Origin: Burkholderiales bacterium
Lineage (GTDB): Bacteria; Pseudomonadota; Gammaproteobacteria; Burkholderiales; SG8-39
NCBI GenBank assembly: GCA_050248795.1
Contig: JBFWRS010000006.1
Coordinates: 16,246 to 80,245, forward strand
Reading direction: 5' to 3'
DNA: 64,000 nucleotides
Of this stretch, positions 48,515 to 59,208 are shown one piece after another. The position numbers were made by a program, and so were the translations under genes. Each line of letters starts with the position of its first letter. Position 1 is the first letter of the stretch. The notes beneath the pieces were generated by a model. The model saw only the letters and a program-made list of their open reading frames with translations. It was not told where the DNA came from and ran no database searches.

Positions 48515-49651
48515 ATGATGCGAATCTTCATTCCAGCCGTATTCGCGGTCCTGGCCGCGATCTCACTTGCCGTGCACGCACAGGCACCGCAGCCGCCGGC
48601 GGTGGTCGGGAAGGCGTGGATCGTGTTCGATGTCTCCAGCGGCCAGGTGCTCGCGGCGGAAAAGCCCGACGAGCGCTTCGAGCCGGCCTCGCTCACCAAG
48701 CTGATGACTGCGTACGTGGTGTTCTCGGCGCTGCGTGACAAGAAGCTGACGCTCGATCAGCAGGTGAAGGTGTCCGAGCGTGCGTGGAAGGCCGTCGGCT
48801 CGCGCATGTTCATCGAACCGCGCCACCCGGTGAGCGTCGACGACCTCATCCGCGGCATGGTGGTGCAGTCGGGCAACGATGCGTGCATCGCGCTTGCCGA
48901 GGCGGTCGCCGGTTCCGAGGAGGCGTTCGCGCAGCTGATGAACCGGGAAGCGCAGCGCCTGGGCATGACGGCGTCGAACTTCACCAACGCGTCGGGCCTG
49001 CCCGATCCCCGCCACTACAGCACCGCGAGCGACCTGAGGCTGCTCGCCGCGGCGCTGATCCGCGACTTCCCTGCCGAGTACGCGCAGTACTACTCGCAGA
49101 AGGAGTTCCGCTACAACAAGATCACGCAGGCGAATCGCAACCGCCTGCTGTGGCTGGACCCGACTGTCGACGGCGTGAAGACCGGCTACACCGAGGCCGC
49201 CGGGTACTGCCTGATCGCATCCTCCAGGCGCGGCGAGCGGCGCCTGCTATCGGTGCTGCTTGGCTCCACGTCCGAATCCGCACGCGTGCAGGAGTCGCAG
49301 AAGCTGCTGAACTGGGGGTTCCTCTTCTTCGACGCCGTGAAGCTGTACGCAGCGAAGCAGCCGGTGAAAGACCTCGAAGTCTGGAAGGGGGCCAGTGACG
49401 TGCTCAAGGCGGGTTTCCAGCAGGACATTGCGGTCACCGTGCCGAAGGGGCAGGCCGACAAGCTGAAGGCCGAGCTCGTTTCGCAGACGCCGCTGGTGGC
49501 GCCGATCGCGCTGGGCCAGCGCGTCGCCATGCTGCGCGTGTCACTCGACGGAAAACCCATGGGCGAGTATCCGCTGGTGGCGCTCGAGGCGGTGCCGGCC
49601 GCGGGCTTCTTCGGGCGTGCCTGGGATACACTGCGGCTCTGGGTCAAATAG
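48515..49651 (+). CDS. D-alanyl-D-alanine carboxypeptidase (PBP5/6 family)
   Basis: 378 aa with a signal peptide and the motifs SxxK (ASLTKLM), SxN (QSGND) and KTG (KTGYT). Confidence 0.93.
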   Translation: MMRIFIPAVFAVLAAISLAVHAQAPQPPAVVGKAWIVFDVSSGQVLAAEKPDERFEPASLTKLMTAYVVFSALRDKKLTLDQQVKVSERAWKAVGSRMFIEPRHPVSVDDLIRGMVVQSGNDACIALAEAVAGSEEAFAQLMNREAQRLGMTASNFTNASGLPDPRHYSTASDLRLLAAALIRDFPAEYAQYYSQKEFRYNKITQANRNRLLWLDPTVDGVKTGYTEAAGYCLIASSRRGERRLLSVLLGSTSESARVQESQKLLNWGFLFFDAVKLYAAKQPVKDLEVWKGASDVLKAGFQQDIAVTVPKGQADKLKAELVSQTPLVAPIALGQRVAMLRVSLDGKPMGEYPLVALEAVPAAGFFGRAWDTLRLWVK

Positions 49652-49661
49652 CGAGGACGAC

Positions 49662-50528
49662 ATGGTCTTCCTGAACGGAAAGTTCATGCCCATCGAGAAC
49701 GCGATGGTGCCGGTGCTGGACCGCGGGTTCATCTTCGGCGACGGCATCTACGAACTTGTCCCGGTCTATTCGCGCGTGCCGTTCCGCATCGACGAGCATC
49801 TTGCAAGGCTTGAACGCAGCCTTGCGGAAGTCCGCATCCGCAACCCCTACACCCGCGCAGAGTGGCGCGACATCATCCTGAAGCTCATCGCGCAGCAGCC
49901 CTTCGAGGACCAGGGGGTGTACTTCCAGGTCACGCGCGGCGTCGCCAGGCGCGACCACGCCTTCCCGAAGGATGCGGCGCCCACGGTGTTCATGATGTCG
50001 AATCCGCTGGTGAATCCGCCGAAGGAACTGGTCGAGCGCGGCGCGAAGTGCGTCAGCGCAAACGATTTCCGCTGGCAGAGGTGCGACATCAAGTCGATCT
50101 CGCTGATCGGCAACTGCCTGCTGCGCCAGGTTTCCGCTGATGTAGACGCGGTGGAGACGATCCTGTTCCGCGACGGCCTGCTGACCGAGGCGTCGGCCTC
50201 GAACGTGTTCATCGTCAGGGGCGGCGTCGTCATGGGCCCGCCGAAATCCGGCTTCATCCTGCCGGGCATCACCTACGATGTCGTCGTCGAACTCGCGCAG
50301 TCGGCGAAGCTGCCGCTCGAGATCCGCGACATCCCGGAGGCAGAAGTCCGCGCCGCGGACGAGATCTGGGTCACCTCGTCGTCCAAGGAAGTGCTGGCGG
50401 TGGTGGAACTCGACGGCAGGGCAGTCGGCGACGGCAGGCCGGGGCCGCTCTTCAGGCGCATGCACCAGCTCTACCAGGAGTTCAAGCAGCGCGTCATGCG
50501 CGCCGGCGCGGAGCGCGCCGCGGCATAG
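49662..50528 (+). CDS. Class IV aminotransferase (D-amino-acid aminotransferase-like)
   Basis: 288 aa from ATG 49662: DRGFIFGDGIYE, FQVTRG, and EASASNVF. Confidence 0.88.
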   Translation: MVFLNGKFMPIENAMVPVLDRGFIFGDGIYELVPVYSRVPFRIDEHLARLERSLAEVRIRNPYTRAEWRDIILKLIAQQPFEDQGVYFQVTRGVARRDHAFPKDAAPTVFMMSNPLVNPPKELVERGAKCVSANDFRWQRCDIKSISLIGNCLLRQVSADVDAVETILFRDGLLTEASASNVFIVRGGVVMGPPKSGFILPGITYDVVVELAQSAKLPLEIRDIPEAEVRAADEIWVTSSSKEVLAVVELDGRAVGDGRPGPLFRRMHQLYQEFKQRVMRAGAERAAA

Positions 50529-50530
50529 GC

Positions 50531-50800
50531 ATGGACACAGAGCAGCAAACGCTGCTTTCGTTTCCGGTCGACTTCCCGATGAAGATACTCGGGCGCCGCG
50601 AGGGCGGATTCGCGCAGGCGGTGATGGAGATCGTGCTGAAGCATGCGCCGGATTTCGAGCCGGCATCGATGGAGATGCGCCCGAGCAGGCAGGGCCGGTA
50701 TCTCAGCCTCACGGTCACCGTCAATGCGACCTCGCGCGAACAGCTGGATGCGCTGTACCGCGAACTCTGCGACCACCCGGCCGTGGTGATGGTGCTGTGA
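50531..50800 (+). CDS. ybeD: YbeD/UPF0250 (DUF493) family protein
   Basis: 89 aa with FPVDFPMKILG. Conserved position between the dac/dat genes and lipB. Confidence 0.88.
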   Translation: MDTEQQTLLSFPVDFPMKILGRREGGFAQAVMEIVLKHAPDFEPASMEMRPSRQGRYLSLTVTVNATSREQLDALYRELCDHPAVVMVL

Positions 50801-51429
50801 GCAGCGCAGTCGCCGATGCGGTGCGCGTGCGGTGCCTGGGGCGGGTGTCCTATGAAGACGCGCTGACGCGCATGCGCGAATTCACCGCGCAGCGCACGCC
50901 GGAGACGCCCGACGAGCTGTGGTTGCTGGAGCATCCGCCGGTCTACACGCTCGGCCTCGCTGCCGACCGCGCGCACGGCCCCCGGGTCGACAACGGCATC
51001 CCGCTGGTACAGGTCGAGCGTGGCGGCGAGATCACCTATCACGGCCCCGGCCAGGCGGTGCTCTACACGCTGGTCGACCTTGCGCGGCGCGGCATCAAGG
51101 TGCGCGAATTCGTCTGCCTGCTCGAGCAGGCGGTGATCGACCTGCTCGCGGACCATGGCGTGCGTGCCGGGCGCAGGCCCGGCGCGCCCGGCGTGTACGT
51201 CGAAGGCGCCAAAGTCGCCGCGCTCGGCATCCGCATCACGCGTGGCCGCGCGTACCACGGCCTGGCACTGAACGTCGACATGGACCTCGCGCCGTTCTCG
51301 GCGATCGATCCGTGCGGCATGGCCGGACTGCGGGTGACCCAGGCGCGCGAACTCGGCATCGCCGACACGCCGGACGCGCTCGGTGCCCGGCTCGCGGAGA
51401 TGCTCGCGCAGAGGATAGGCGATGCGTGA
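50797..51429 (+). CDS. lipB: Lipoyl(octanoyl) transferase
   Basis: 210 aa from GTG 50797 (GTGA overlap with the ybeD stop): [25 protein letters not shown], and KVAALGIR. Confidence 0.93.
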   Translation: MSSAVADAVRVRCLGRVSYEDALTRMREFTAQRTPETPDELWLLEHPPVYTLGLAADRAHGPRVDNGIPLVQVERGGEITYHGPGQAVLYTLVDLARRGIKVREFVCLLEQAVIDLLADHGVRAGRRPGAPGVYVEGAKVAALGIRITRGRAYHGLALNVDMDLAPFSAIDPCGMAGLRVTQARELGIADTPDALGARLAEMLAQRIGDA

Positions 51430-52366
51430 AGCCGGCGTGAAGCACAAGGGCGCCGCGAAAACCGCGCGCATCCCGATCAAGGTCGTCGCGCGCACGCCGT
51501 TGAGGAAACCCGACTGGATCCGCGTCAGGGCGGCAAGCGGCAACACGCGCTTCTACGAGATCAAGCAGATCCTGCGCGAGCAGAACCTGCACACCGTGTG
51601 CGAGGAAGCCTCGTGCCCGAACATCGGCGAGTGTTTCGGCAAGGGCACCGCGACGTTCATGATTCTCGGCGACATCTGCACCCGCCGCTGCCCGTTCTGC
51701 GACGTCGGGCACGGCAGGCCGCTCGCGCCGGATGCGGCGGAGCCGGCGCACCTCGCCGACACCATCGCGCGGCTGAAGCTGCGCTACGTGGTGATCACCA
51801 GCGTCGACCGCGACGACCTGAGGGACGGCGGCGCGGGGCATTTCGTCGCCTGCATCCGTGCGGTGCGCGAGCGCTCGCCTGCGACCACCATCGAGGTGCT
51901 GGTGCCGGATTTCCGCGGCCGGCTTGAGCGCGCGCTGGAGGTGCTGGACGCCGCGCCGCCGGACGTGATGAACCACAACATGGAGACCGTGCCGCGCCTT
52001 TACCGGCAGGCGCGGCCGGGCGGGGACTACGCGCATTCACTGCGGCTGCTGAAGACGTTCAAGCAACGCCATCCCGCGGTACCGACCAAATCGGGGCTGA
52101 TGGTCGGCCTGGGCGAGACCGACGAGGAGATCCTCGCTGCGCTGCGCGACCTGCGCGCGCACGACGTGGACATGCTCACGCTCGGCCAGTATCTGGCGCC
52201 CTCGGCGCACCACCTGCCGGTGGAACGCTACGTGCACCCGGACACCTTCTCGATGTTCGAACGCGAGGCTTACGCGATGGGCTTCCGGCACGCGGCGGTG
52301 GGCGCGATGGTGCGCTCCTCGTACCACGCCGATGCGCAGGCCGAAGAGGTGCTCGGCGGCGCCTGA
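51422..52366 (+). CDS. lipA: Lipoyl synthase
   Basis: 314 aa with [12 protein letters not shown] and the radical-SAM cluster motif CTRRCPFC. Confidence 0.97.
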   Translation: MREAGVKHKGAAKTARIPIKVVARTPLRKPDWIRVRAASGNTRFYEIKQILREQNLHTVCEEASCPNIGECFGKGTATFMILGDICTRRCPFCDVGHGRPLAPDAAEPAHLADTIARLKLRYVVITSVDRDDLRDGGAGHFVACIRAVRERSPATTIEVLVPDFRGRLERALEVLDAAPPDVMNHNMETVPRLYRQARPGGDYAHSLRLLKTFKQRHPAVPTKSGLMVGLGETDEEILAALRDLRAHDVDMLTLGQYLAPSAHHLPVERYVHPDTFSMFEREAYAMGFRHAAVGAMVRSSYHADAQAEEVLGGA

Positions 52367-52387
52367 ACGCGGCGCCGGGCATGGCAT

Positions 52388-52891
52388 TCAGGCCGGGTCG
52401 CCGAGCGCGCTTTCGACCAGCGCGTGGAACTCCGCCCAGTCCGGCTCGCCCAGGTAGCGCTTCAGCACGCGGCCGCGGCGGTCGATGAGGAAGGTGGTCG
52501 GCGTCACGCTGACGTTGCCGAAGCGCCGCGCCACTTCGCCGTTCGCATCCAGCGCCATCCTGAACGGGAGCCTGCGCGCGTTGGCGAATTCGGCCACCCG
52601 GTTGGGGTGGTCGTAGCTCATCGCCACGGCGACCGTGGTGTAGCCGCGCGGGCCGAACTGCTGCTGCGCCTCCACCAGCCTGGGCATTTCCTGCACGCAG
52701 GTGACGCAGCTGGTGGCCCAGAAGTTCACCAGCACCACCTGTCCGCGCAGGCTGGAGGTGGCGAACGATTCGCCGGACAGCGTCGCGAACTGCGCCTCCG
52801 GCGCATCCGGGCGCTTCGCCAGCGACAATGCAACTCCCGCGGCGATTGCCGCTGCGGCCACGACGACGATAAGCTTGCCCTGATGCTTCAC
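52388..52891 (-). CDS. TlpA/ResA-like periplasmic thiol:disulfide oxidoreductase
   Basis: 167 aa with an N-terminal anchor and the thioredoxin motif FWATSCVTC. GTG start with no obvious SD. Confidence 0.82.
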   Translation of the reverse strand: MKHQGKLIVVVAAAAIAAGVALSLAKRPDAPEAQFATLSGESFATSSLRGQVVLVNFWATSCVTCVQEMPRLVEAQQQFGPRGYTTVAVAMSYDHPNRVAEFANARRLPFRMALDANGEVARRFGNVSVTPTTFLIDRRGRVLKRYLGEPDWAEFHALVESALGDPA

Positions 52892-52903
52892 TGGGAGATT
52901 CCG

Positions 52904-53593
52904 ATGAAAGCCCGCATTCTCGCCCGAATCCTCGCCCTTTGCGCCGCGTTCGCCGCGCTGCCGGCGCTTGCCCAGCTGGACAGGATTTCCAACCAGGACG
53001 CGGTCTCGGGTTTGAAAGCCGCGCTGGAGAAAGGTTCCGGCGTCGCGGTGGCCGCGCTGGGCAGGACCGACGGCTTCTTCGGCAATCCGCGGGTGAAGAT
53101 CCCGCTGCCCGAGTCGATACGCAGCGCCGAGAAGATCATGCGCAGCGTCGGCATGGGCAAGTACGCCGACGAACTCATCCTGACGATGAACCGCGCGGCG
53201 GAAGCCGCGGTACCCGAAGCGAAGGCGCTGTTCATCGACGCGGTGAAGAAGATGAGCGTGCAGGACGCCAAAGGCGTGCTCACCGGCGGCAACACGGCGG
53301 GCACCGAGTATTTCAGGCGCGCCACCTCCGAGCAGTTGCGCGCGAAGTTCCTGCCCATCGTGCAGAACGCGACGAAGAAGGTGAACCTGGCTGCAAAGTA
53401 CAACCAGTACGCCGAAAAGGGCGCGCGCTTCGGCCTGTTGAAGAAGGAAGACGCGAACCTGGACAGCTATGTCACGCAGAAGGCGCTGGACGGGCTCTTT
53501 TTCATGGTCGCGGAAGAGGAGAAGAAAATCCGCGAGAACCCGGTGCAGGCGGGCAGCAACATACTCAGGAAGGTATTCGGCGCACTGAAGTAA
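52904..53593 (+). CDS. DUF4197 domain-containing secreted protein
   Basis: 229 aa from ATG 52904 (GGGAGA SD) with signal peptide MKARILARILALCAAFAALPALA. The family call is from memory of the GLKAALEKG...FFGNPRVKIPLP pattern. Confidence 0.75.
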   Translation: MKARILARILALCAAFAALPALAQLDRISNQDAVSGLKAALEKGSGVAVAALGRTDGFFGNPRVKIPLPESIRSAEKIMRSVGMGKYADELILTMNRAAEAAVPEAKALFIDAVKKMSVQDAKGVLTGGNTAGTEYFRRATSEQLRAKFLPIVQNATKKVNLAAKYNQYAEKGARFGLLKKEDANLDSYVTQKALDGLFFMVAEEEKKIRENPVQAGSNILRKVFGALK

Positions 53594-53599
53594 GCGCGC

Positions 53600-56326
53600 T
53601 CAATGGGCCTCGTCCCAGTTGCCGCCGGTGCCGACCTCGACCACCAGCGCGACGTCCAGCTGCGCCACGTCCTGCATCAGCGACTTCACGCGCGCGCGGA
53701 CCTCGTCCAGTTCCTCATCCGGCACTTCGAGTACCAGCTCGTCGTGCACCTGCATGATCAGCTTGGCGCGCAGGTGCCGCGCCTCGAGCGCGTGCTGCAC
53801 TGACACCATCGCCATCTTGATCAGGTCGGCGGCGGTGCCCTGCATCGGCGCGTTGATCGCGGCGCGCTCGGCGGCCTGGCGGCGCTGCGGGCTCCCGCTT
53901 CTCGCCTCGGGCAGGCGCAGCCGCCTGCCGAACACCGTCTCGACGTAGCCTTCGTTCCGCGCCTTGGCCCGCGTTTCCTCCATGTAGCGCCGTACCGACG
54001 GGTAGCGCGCGAAGTAGCTGTCGATGTAGGCCTGTGCGGTGGCGCGCTCGATGCCCAGGTTCTGCGCCAGCCCGAACGCGCTCATGCCGTAGATCAGCCC
54101 GAAGTTGATCGTTTTCGCCGCGCGGCGCTCGTCCGCGCTGACCTTGTCCAGCGGCACGCCGAACACCTCGGCCGCGGTGGCCCTGTGCACGTCGTCGCCA
54201 CGCTCGAACGCGCGCTTCAGCGCCGGCTCGCCCGAGATGTGCGCCATGATGCGCAGCTCGATCTGGGAGTAGTCCGCGCTGACGATCTTCGAGCCCGGCG
54301 GCGCGATGAAGGCCTCGCGGATGCGGCGCCCCTGCGGCGTGCGGATCGGGATGTTCTGCAGGTTCGGGTCGTTCGAGGCGAGGCGCCCGGTGACCGCCCC
54401 GGTCTGCGAATATGTCGTGTGCACGCGGCCAGTCGATGGGTTCACCATCCGCGGCAGCTTGTCGGTGTAGGTGGATTTCAGCTTCGCGAGCCCGCGGAAC
54501 TCGAGCAGCAGCCGCGGCAGCGGGTAGTCGAGCGCGAGTTCCGACAGCACGTCCTCGTCCGTGGACGGCTGTCCCGATGGCGTCTTCTTCTTCACCGGCA
54601 GCTTCTGCCGCTCGAACAGGATCTCCTGGATCTGCTTGGGCGAATTGAGGTTGAAGGGCTGGCCGGCCGCCGCGTAGGCCTTCTGCTCGATCTCGAGGAG
54701 TTCCTTGCCGAGTTCGTGGCTCTGGCGCTCGAGCTTGCCCGCATCCAGCAGCACGCCGTTGCGCTCGATCTTCAGCAACACCGGCAGCACAGGCATCTCG
54801 ATCTTCTCGTAGACGAAGCGCAGCTTCTCGTCGGCCACGATCTTCGGGTACAGCGCTTCGTGCACCGCCAGCGTGCAGTCCGCATCCTCGGCTGCGTACT
54901 CGGTGGCGCGGCCGATCTCGACCGACGAAAAAGGTATCCGCGCAGCGCCCTTGCCGGTCACTTCGTCGTAGGAAATCGTCTTCCATCCAAGGTGCCGCTG
55001 CGCCAGCGATTCCAGGTCGTGCCGCTCGTGCACTTCCAGCACGTACGATTCGAGCAGCGTGTCGTGGACGATCCCCGCCAGCACAAGGCCGTGGTTGGCG
55101 AGCACGTGGGAATCGTACTTCGCGTTCTGGCCAACCTTGCGGCGCGCCGGGTCCTGCAGCCAGGGCGCCAGCAGCTCCAGCGCGCGCGCGACGCCGATCT
55201 GCGCGGGCGCCCCGGGATACTCGTGCGCGATCGGCAGGTACGCCGCAGTGTCGCCGGCGGCAAACGACATGCCGACCAGCCGCGCGCTCATCGGCTCGAG
55301 GCTGGTGGTCTCGGTGTCGAAGCCGGTCAGCGGCGAGGCGTCCAGCACGGCGAGGAACTCGCGCAGCTCTGCCTCGCCATGCAGCGTGCGTACCTTGCGG
55401 CGCGCGGGCGCGGCCGGATCTGCCGCGGCTTCCTGGGTAGCCGCCGGCGCCGCGGACACTGCGCCGGACTCGAGTTCGCGCAGCCAGGTCCGGAAGCCGA
55501 AGCGCGAGAACAGTTCGCGCAGCCGCTCCGCATCCGGCTCGCCGTCGGCAAGCGCATCCAGCGTGACCGGCAGTGCGACGTCGCGCTTGATGGTGAGCAG
55601 GTGCCGGGCCCTGGGCAGCCAGTCGAGGCTCTTGCGCAGGTTCTCGCCGACCACGCCCGGTACCGCGTCCGCATTGGCGATGACCTCGTCCAGCGTGCCG
55701 TGCCGTGCGATCCACTTCGCCGCGGTCTTGGGCCCGACCTTGTCGACGCCGGGGACGTTGTCCACCGTGTCGCCGACCAGCGTGAGGTAGTCGACGAAGC
55801 GCTCGGGCGTCACGCCGAACTTCTGCGTCACGCCATCGACGTCGAGGGTCTCGTTCGACATGGTGTTGACCAGCGTGACGCGCTCGTCGACGAGCTGCGC
55901 CAGGTCCTTGTCGCCGGTGGAGATGATGCAGCGCCAGCCCCGCGCCTTCGCCTGCTCGGCGAGCGTGGCGATCACGTCGTCCGCCTCGACCCCGTCGACC
56001 GCGAGCACCGGCCAGCCCAGTGCGCGCACCGCCTCGTGTATCGGTTCGATCTGCGCGACCAGGTCGTCGGGCATCGGCGCGCGGTTCGCCTTGTACTCGG
56101 GATATTCGTCGTCGCGGAACGTCTTGCCCTTGGCGTCGAAGACGCAGGCGCGCGCGCTTGCCTTGTGGTCGGCGGCGAGCCGCCGTAGCATGTTCACGAC
56201 GCCGTAGATGGCGCCGGTCGGTTCGCCCTTGGGGTTGCGCAGTTCGGGCAACGCGTGGAACGCCCGGTACAGGTACGACGAACCGTCGACCAGCAGCAGC
56301 GTCTTTTCGGGAGCGTTCGCGGACAA
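53600..56326 (-). CDS. polA: DNA polymerase I
   Basis: 5'-nuclease domain (LLLVDGSSYLYRAFHA), 3'-5' exonuclease domain, and polymerase motifs DYSQIELRIMAH and QVHDELV. The start is uncertain. TTG 56326 gives MSANAPEKTLLL, matching usual N-termini. ATG 56407 or 56449 would overlap the divergent LOG gene. Confidence 0.93.
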   Translation of the reverse strand: MSANAPEKTLLLVDGSSYLYRAFHALPELRNPKGEPTGAIYGVVNMLRRLAADHKASARACVFDAKGKTFRDDEYPEYKANRAPMPDDLVAQIEPIHEAVRALGWPVLAVDGVEADDVIATLAEQAKARGWRCIISTGDKDLAQLVDERVTLVNTMSNETLDVDGVTQKFGVTPERFVDYLTLVGDTVDNVPGVDKVGPKTAAKWIARHGTLDEVIANADAVPGVVGENLRKSLDWLPRARHLLTIKRDVALPVTLDALADGEPDAERLRELFSRFGFRTWLRELESGAVSAAPAATQEAAADPAAPARRKVRTLHGEAELREFLAVLDASPLTGFDTETTSLEPMSARLVGMSFAAGDTAAYLPIAHEYPGAPAQIGVARALELLAPWLQDPARRKVGQNAKYDSHVLANHGLVLAGIVHDTLLESYVLEVHERHDLESLAQRHLGWKTISYDEVTGKGAARIPFSSVEIGRATEYAAEDADCTLAVHEALYPKIVADEKLRFVYEKIEMPVLPVLLKIERNGVLLDAGKLERQSHELGKELLEIEQKAYAAAGQPFNLNSPKQIQEILFERQKLPVKKKTPSGQPSTDEDVLSELALDYPLPRLLLEFRGLAKLKSTYTDKLPRMVNPSTGRVHTTYSQTGAVTGRLASNDPNLQNIPIRTPQGRRIREAFIAPPGSKIVSADYSQIELRIMAHISGEPALKRAFERGDDVHRATAAEVFGVPLDKVSADERRAAKTINFGLIYGMSAFGLAQNLGIERATAQAYIDSYFARYPSVRRYMEETRAKARNEGYVETVFGRRLRLPEARSGSPQRRQAAERAAINAPMQGTAADLIKMAMVSVQHALEARHLRAKLIMQVHDELVLEVPDEELDEVRARVKSLMQDVAQLDVALVVEVGTGGNWDEAH

Positions 56327-56327
56327 G

Positions 56328-57044
56328 ATGGGAAAGAAAGAACTCAGGAATTCACTTCTGCCGGGCCGCGCAGGGTCGGCGCATGAAGCATGGCGCCTCC
56401 TGGGCATTATGTCAGAGTTCGTCGAGGCCACCGAGCGCCTCGCCGGCATCCAGCCCGCGGTAACGGTGTTCGGCAGTTCGCGCGCCGTGCCGGCGTCGAC
56501 GTACTACCGGCTCGCCGAAGAAACCTCCCGGCTGCTGTCGGATGCGGGTTTCGCGGTGATCTCGGGCGGCGGCCCCGGCATCATGGAAGCGGCGAACCGG
56601 GGTGCGTTCCATGGCGAGTCGGCCGCAGTAGGCCTGAACATAGAGCTGCCCCACGAGCAGCGCGCGAACGCCTACCAGAACATCTCGCTGCGTTTCCATT
56701 ACTTCTTCGTGCGCAAGGTGATGTTCGTGCGCTTCGCCACGGCGTACGTGTGCTTCCCGGGCGGGTTCGGCACGCTCGATGAGCTGTTCGAAGCGCTGAC
56801 GCTGGTGCAGACGCGCAGGATCCGCGCCGTGCCGATCATCCTCGTGCACGCGCCGTACTGGCAGGGGCTGATCGACTGGATCCGCGGCCGGCTGCTGGCC
56901 GAGGGCATGATCGCGGCCGAGGACATGGACCTGGTGCAGGTGGTGGACGCGCCCGAGCACGTCGTGGACGCCATCTTCTCCTTCTACGAAAAGCGCGGCT
57001 TCCAGCTTTCCCCGACCGAGCGGGAGGTGCTGCTCAACCTGTAG
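56328..57044 (+). CDS. LOG family (TIGR00730) Rossmann-fold nucleotide-binding protein
   Basis: 238 aa from ATG 56328: AWRLLGIMSEFVEA, VTVFGSSR, GGGPGIMEAANRG, and the LOG motif PGGFGTLDELFE. Confidence 0.85.
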   Translation: MGKKELRNSLLPGRAGSAHEAWRLLGIMSEFVEATERLAGIQPAVTVFGSSRAVPASTYYRLAEETSRLLSDAGFAVISGGGPGIMEAANRGAFHGESAAVGLNIELPHEQRANAYQNISLRFHYFFVRKVMFVRFATAYVCFPGGFGTLDELFEALTLVQTRRIRAVPIILVHAPYWQGLIDWIRGRLLAEGMIAAEDMDLVQVVDAPEHVVDAIFSFYEKRGFQLSPTEREVLLNL

Positions 57045-57086
57045 CGGCGTTCGTCGGCGTGGTACCGAGGTAGTAGAATCGCGGCC

Positions 57087-57413
57087 ATGCGACGCTTACT
57101 TGCCCTCGCCCTGCTGGGCGCCGTTTTCGCGGCGTCTGCCCAGCAGCCGCCCCAGCTCGAACCGCTGCCCGACGTGCCGCCGCCGCCTCCCGGGTTCAGC
57201 GACGCCGAGCCCGACGAGCCGCGCGTGCGCATACCGGTCGGGGAAGGCGACAAGGTCGAGGTGTACCGCGACGCCGGGCGCTCCATCCTGCGGGTGACGC
57301 CCGAGAACGGCCCGACGTATTACCTGGTCGAGCAGGCGGACGGCAGCTACGTTCGCCGTACCCTCGACAGCGGCCTGCGCGTGCCGCAGTGGACGATCTT
57401 CACGTTCGATTGA
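57087..57413 (+). CDS. DUF2782 domain-containing secreted protein
   Basis: 108 aa with a signal peptide and a Pro-rich segment. Conserved position between polA and thrB. The family call is from synteny memory. Confidence 0.7.
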   Translation: MRRLLALALLGAVFAASAQQPPQLEPLPDVPPPPPGFSDAEPDEPRVRIPVGEGDKVEVYRDAGRSILRVTPENGPTYYLVEQADGSYVRRTLDSGLRVPQWTIFTFD

Positions 57414-57479
57414 CTGCCCGGGCGCGTACCACCCGCGTTTGCGCCCTACCGCCCGGCTCCACAACGATCATCAGGGACC

Positions 57480-58430
57480 ATGTCGGTCTTCACGCCCGTA
57501 TCCGATGCAGAACTCGCCGGCTGGCTCGCCAGGTACTCGGTCGGCAGGGTGCTGGAGTTCGCGCCGATCGCCGCGGGCATCGAGAACACCAACTACTTCG
57601 TCACCACGGTGCAGGGGCGCTACGTCCTCACGCTCTTCGAGCGCCTGCCAGCGGCGGAACTGCCGTTCTACCTCGGCCTGATGGCGCACCTCGCGCGCCA
57701 CGGCATTCCCTGCCCGGCACCGATCGCGGACCTTGCAGACGGATTCTTCTCGATGCTGAACGGCAAGCCCGCTGCGCTGGTGACCCGCCTGCCCGGCCGT
57801 TCGGTGGAGCAACCGGACGCGGCGGCCTGCGCCGAGCTTGGCGCGCTGCTCGCGCGCATGCACCTGGCGGGGCGCTCCTACGACGGCTACCTGGAGAATC
57901 CGCGCGGACCGCGCTGGTGGCGCATGGCGGCGAGCGCGGTGCGCGGATTCCTTGATGCCGAACGGCAGTCGCTGCTCGACGACGAACTGCGTTTCCAGGC
58001 GCAGCACAGGTTTCCGGACCTGCCGCGCGGGCCGATCCACGCCGACCTTTTCCGCGACAACGCGCTGTTCGAGGAAGGCGGCATCCGCGGCGTGATCGAC
58101 TTCTACTTTGCCGGCGTCGAGTGCCAGCTGTTCGATTGCGCGGTGTGCGTGAACGACTGGTGCCTGGCCGACCCTGCCGCAGACCGCCGCCTGGACGAAG
58201 CGCGCACGCTTGCCTTCCTCGGCGCCTATGCCGCGGTCCGCCCGTTCACGGATCTCGAGCGCGGCGCCTGGCCGGTGATGCTGCGCGCGGCAGCGCTGCG
58301 CTTCTGGCTGTCGCGACTCTACGACTTCCACCTGCCGCGTCCCGGCATGCTGGTGCACGCGCACGATCCGGAGCACTTCCGTGACGTGCTCGCGCTGCGC
58401 TGCGCGCCGGGCGGCGCGCCCTGGGTCTGA
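57480..58430 (+). CDS. thrB: Homoserine kinase (ThrB, APH-fold type)
   Basis: 316 aa: GIENTNYFVTT and IHADLFRDNALF. Confidence 0.93.
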   Translation: MSVFTPVSDAELAGWLARYSVGRVLEFAPIAAGIENTNYFVTTVQGRYVLTLFERLPAAELPFYLGLMAHLARHGIPCPAPIADLADGFFSMLNGKPAALVTRLPGRSVEQPDAAACAELGALLARMHLAGRSYDGYLENPRGPRWWRMAASAVRGFLDAERQSLLDDELRFQAQHRFPDLPRGPIHADLFRDNALFEEGGIRGVIDFYFAGVECQLFDCAVCVNDWCLADPAADRRLDEARTLAFLGAYAAVRPFTDLERGAWPVMLRAAALRFWLSRLYDFHLPRPGMLVHAHDPEHFRDVLALRCAPGGAPWV

Positions 58431-59203
58431 TGCAGGCGCGCATCGCCACGTCGTTGCAGGGCGCGCGCTGGCTGGCGTGGGGCTGGCGCATTTTCAAGTC
58501 CGCGCCGCTGGGATGGCTGGCGCTGGTGTTCGCGTACACGCTGTTCATGACCTTCGTCAGCGTGCTGCCCCTGGTCGGGGTGGTGGCGGCGATGGTGATG
58601 GTGCCGGCGTTCTCGGTCAGCTTCATGTCGGCGAGCCGCGCCGCGGACCAGGCGGCCGACGTCGGCCTGGGGCTGCTGTTCTCGGGCTTCCGCGAGCGCC
58701 TTCCGGCGCAGATCACGCTGGGATGCATCTATTTTGCGAGCGTCATGCTGCTGCTTGCCGCCACGACGCTCGCGGATGACGGTGCATTCGCGCGCTGGCT
58801 GGCCACAGGAAAGCGGCCGGATGCGGCGGTGGTGCAGACCGACGGCTTTCGCGCCGCGCTGCTGATCGCGGCCGCGATGTACACGCAGGTAATGATGCTG
58901 TTCTGGTTCTCGCCGGTGCTTGCCGCCTGGCACGGCGTGCCGGTGGCCAAGGCGCTGTTCTTCAGCTACTTCGCGGTGCTGATGAACTGGCGCGCGTTCA
59001 TCGCCTATGGCGTCGTCACCGCCGTGTTCACCCTGGTGGTGCCGTTCGTGACCGTGCTGCTGATGTCGGCCCTGACCGGCGGCAAGTCGCAGCTCACGGC
59101 AGCGGGATTGCTGTTCCCGCTGCTGCTCGTCGTCATGCCGACCATGTTCGGCAGCTTCTACGCCAGTTACCGCGACGTATTCGGCAGCCCGGCCGAGAGC
59201 TGA
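58430..59203 (+). CDS. BPSS1780-like polytopic membrane protein
   Basis: 257 aa with about 5-6 TM helices. The start overlaps the thrB stop. The family name is from memory, so confidence in it is low. Confidence 0.65.
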   Translation: MQARIATSLQGARWLAWGWRIFKSAPLGWLALVFAYTLFMTFVSVLPLVGVVAAMVMVPAFSVSFMSASRAADQAADVGLGLLFSGFRERLPAQITLGCIYFASVMLLLAATTLADDGAFARWLATGKRPDAAVVQTDGFRAALLIAAAMYTQVMMLFWFSPVLAAWHGVPVAKALFFSYFAVLMNWRAFIAYGVVTAVFTLVVPFVTVLLMSALTGGKSQLTAAGLLFPLLLVVMPTMFGSFYASYRDVFGSPAES

Positions 59204-59208
59204 CCGCG

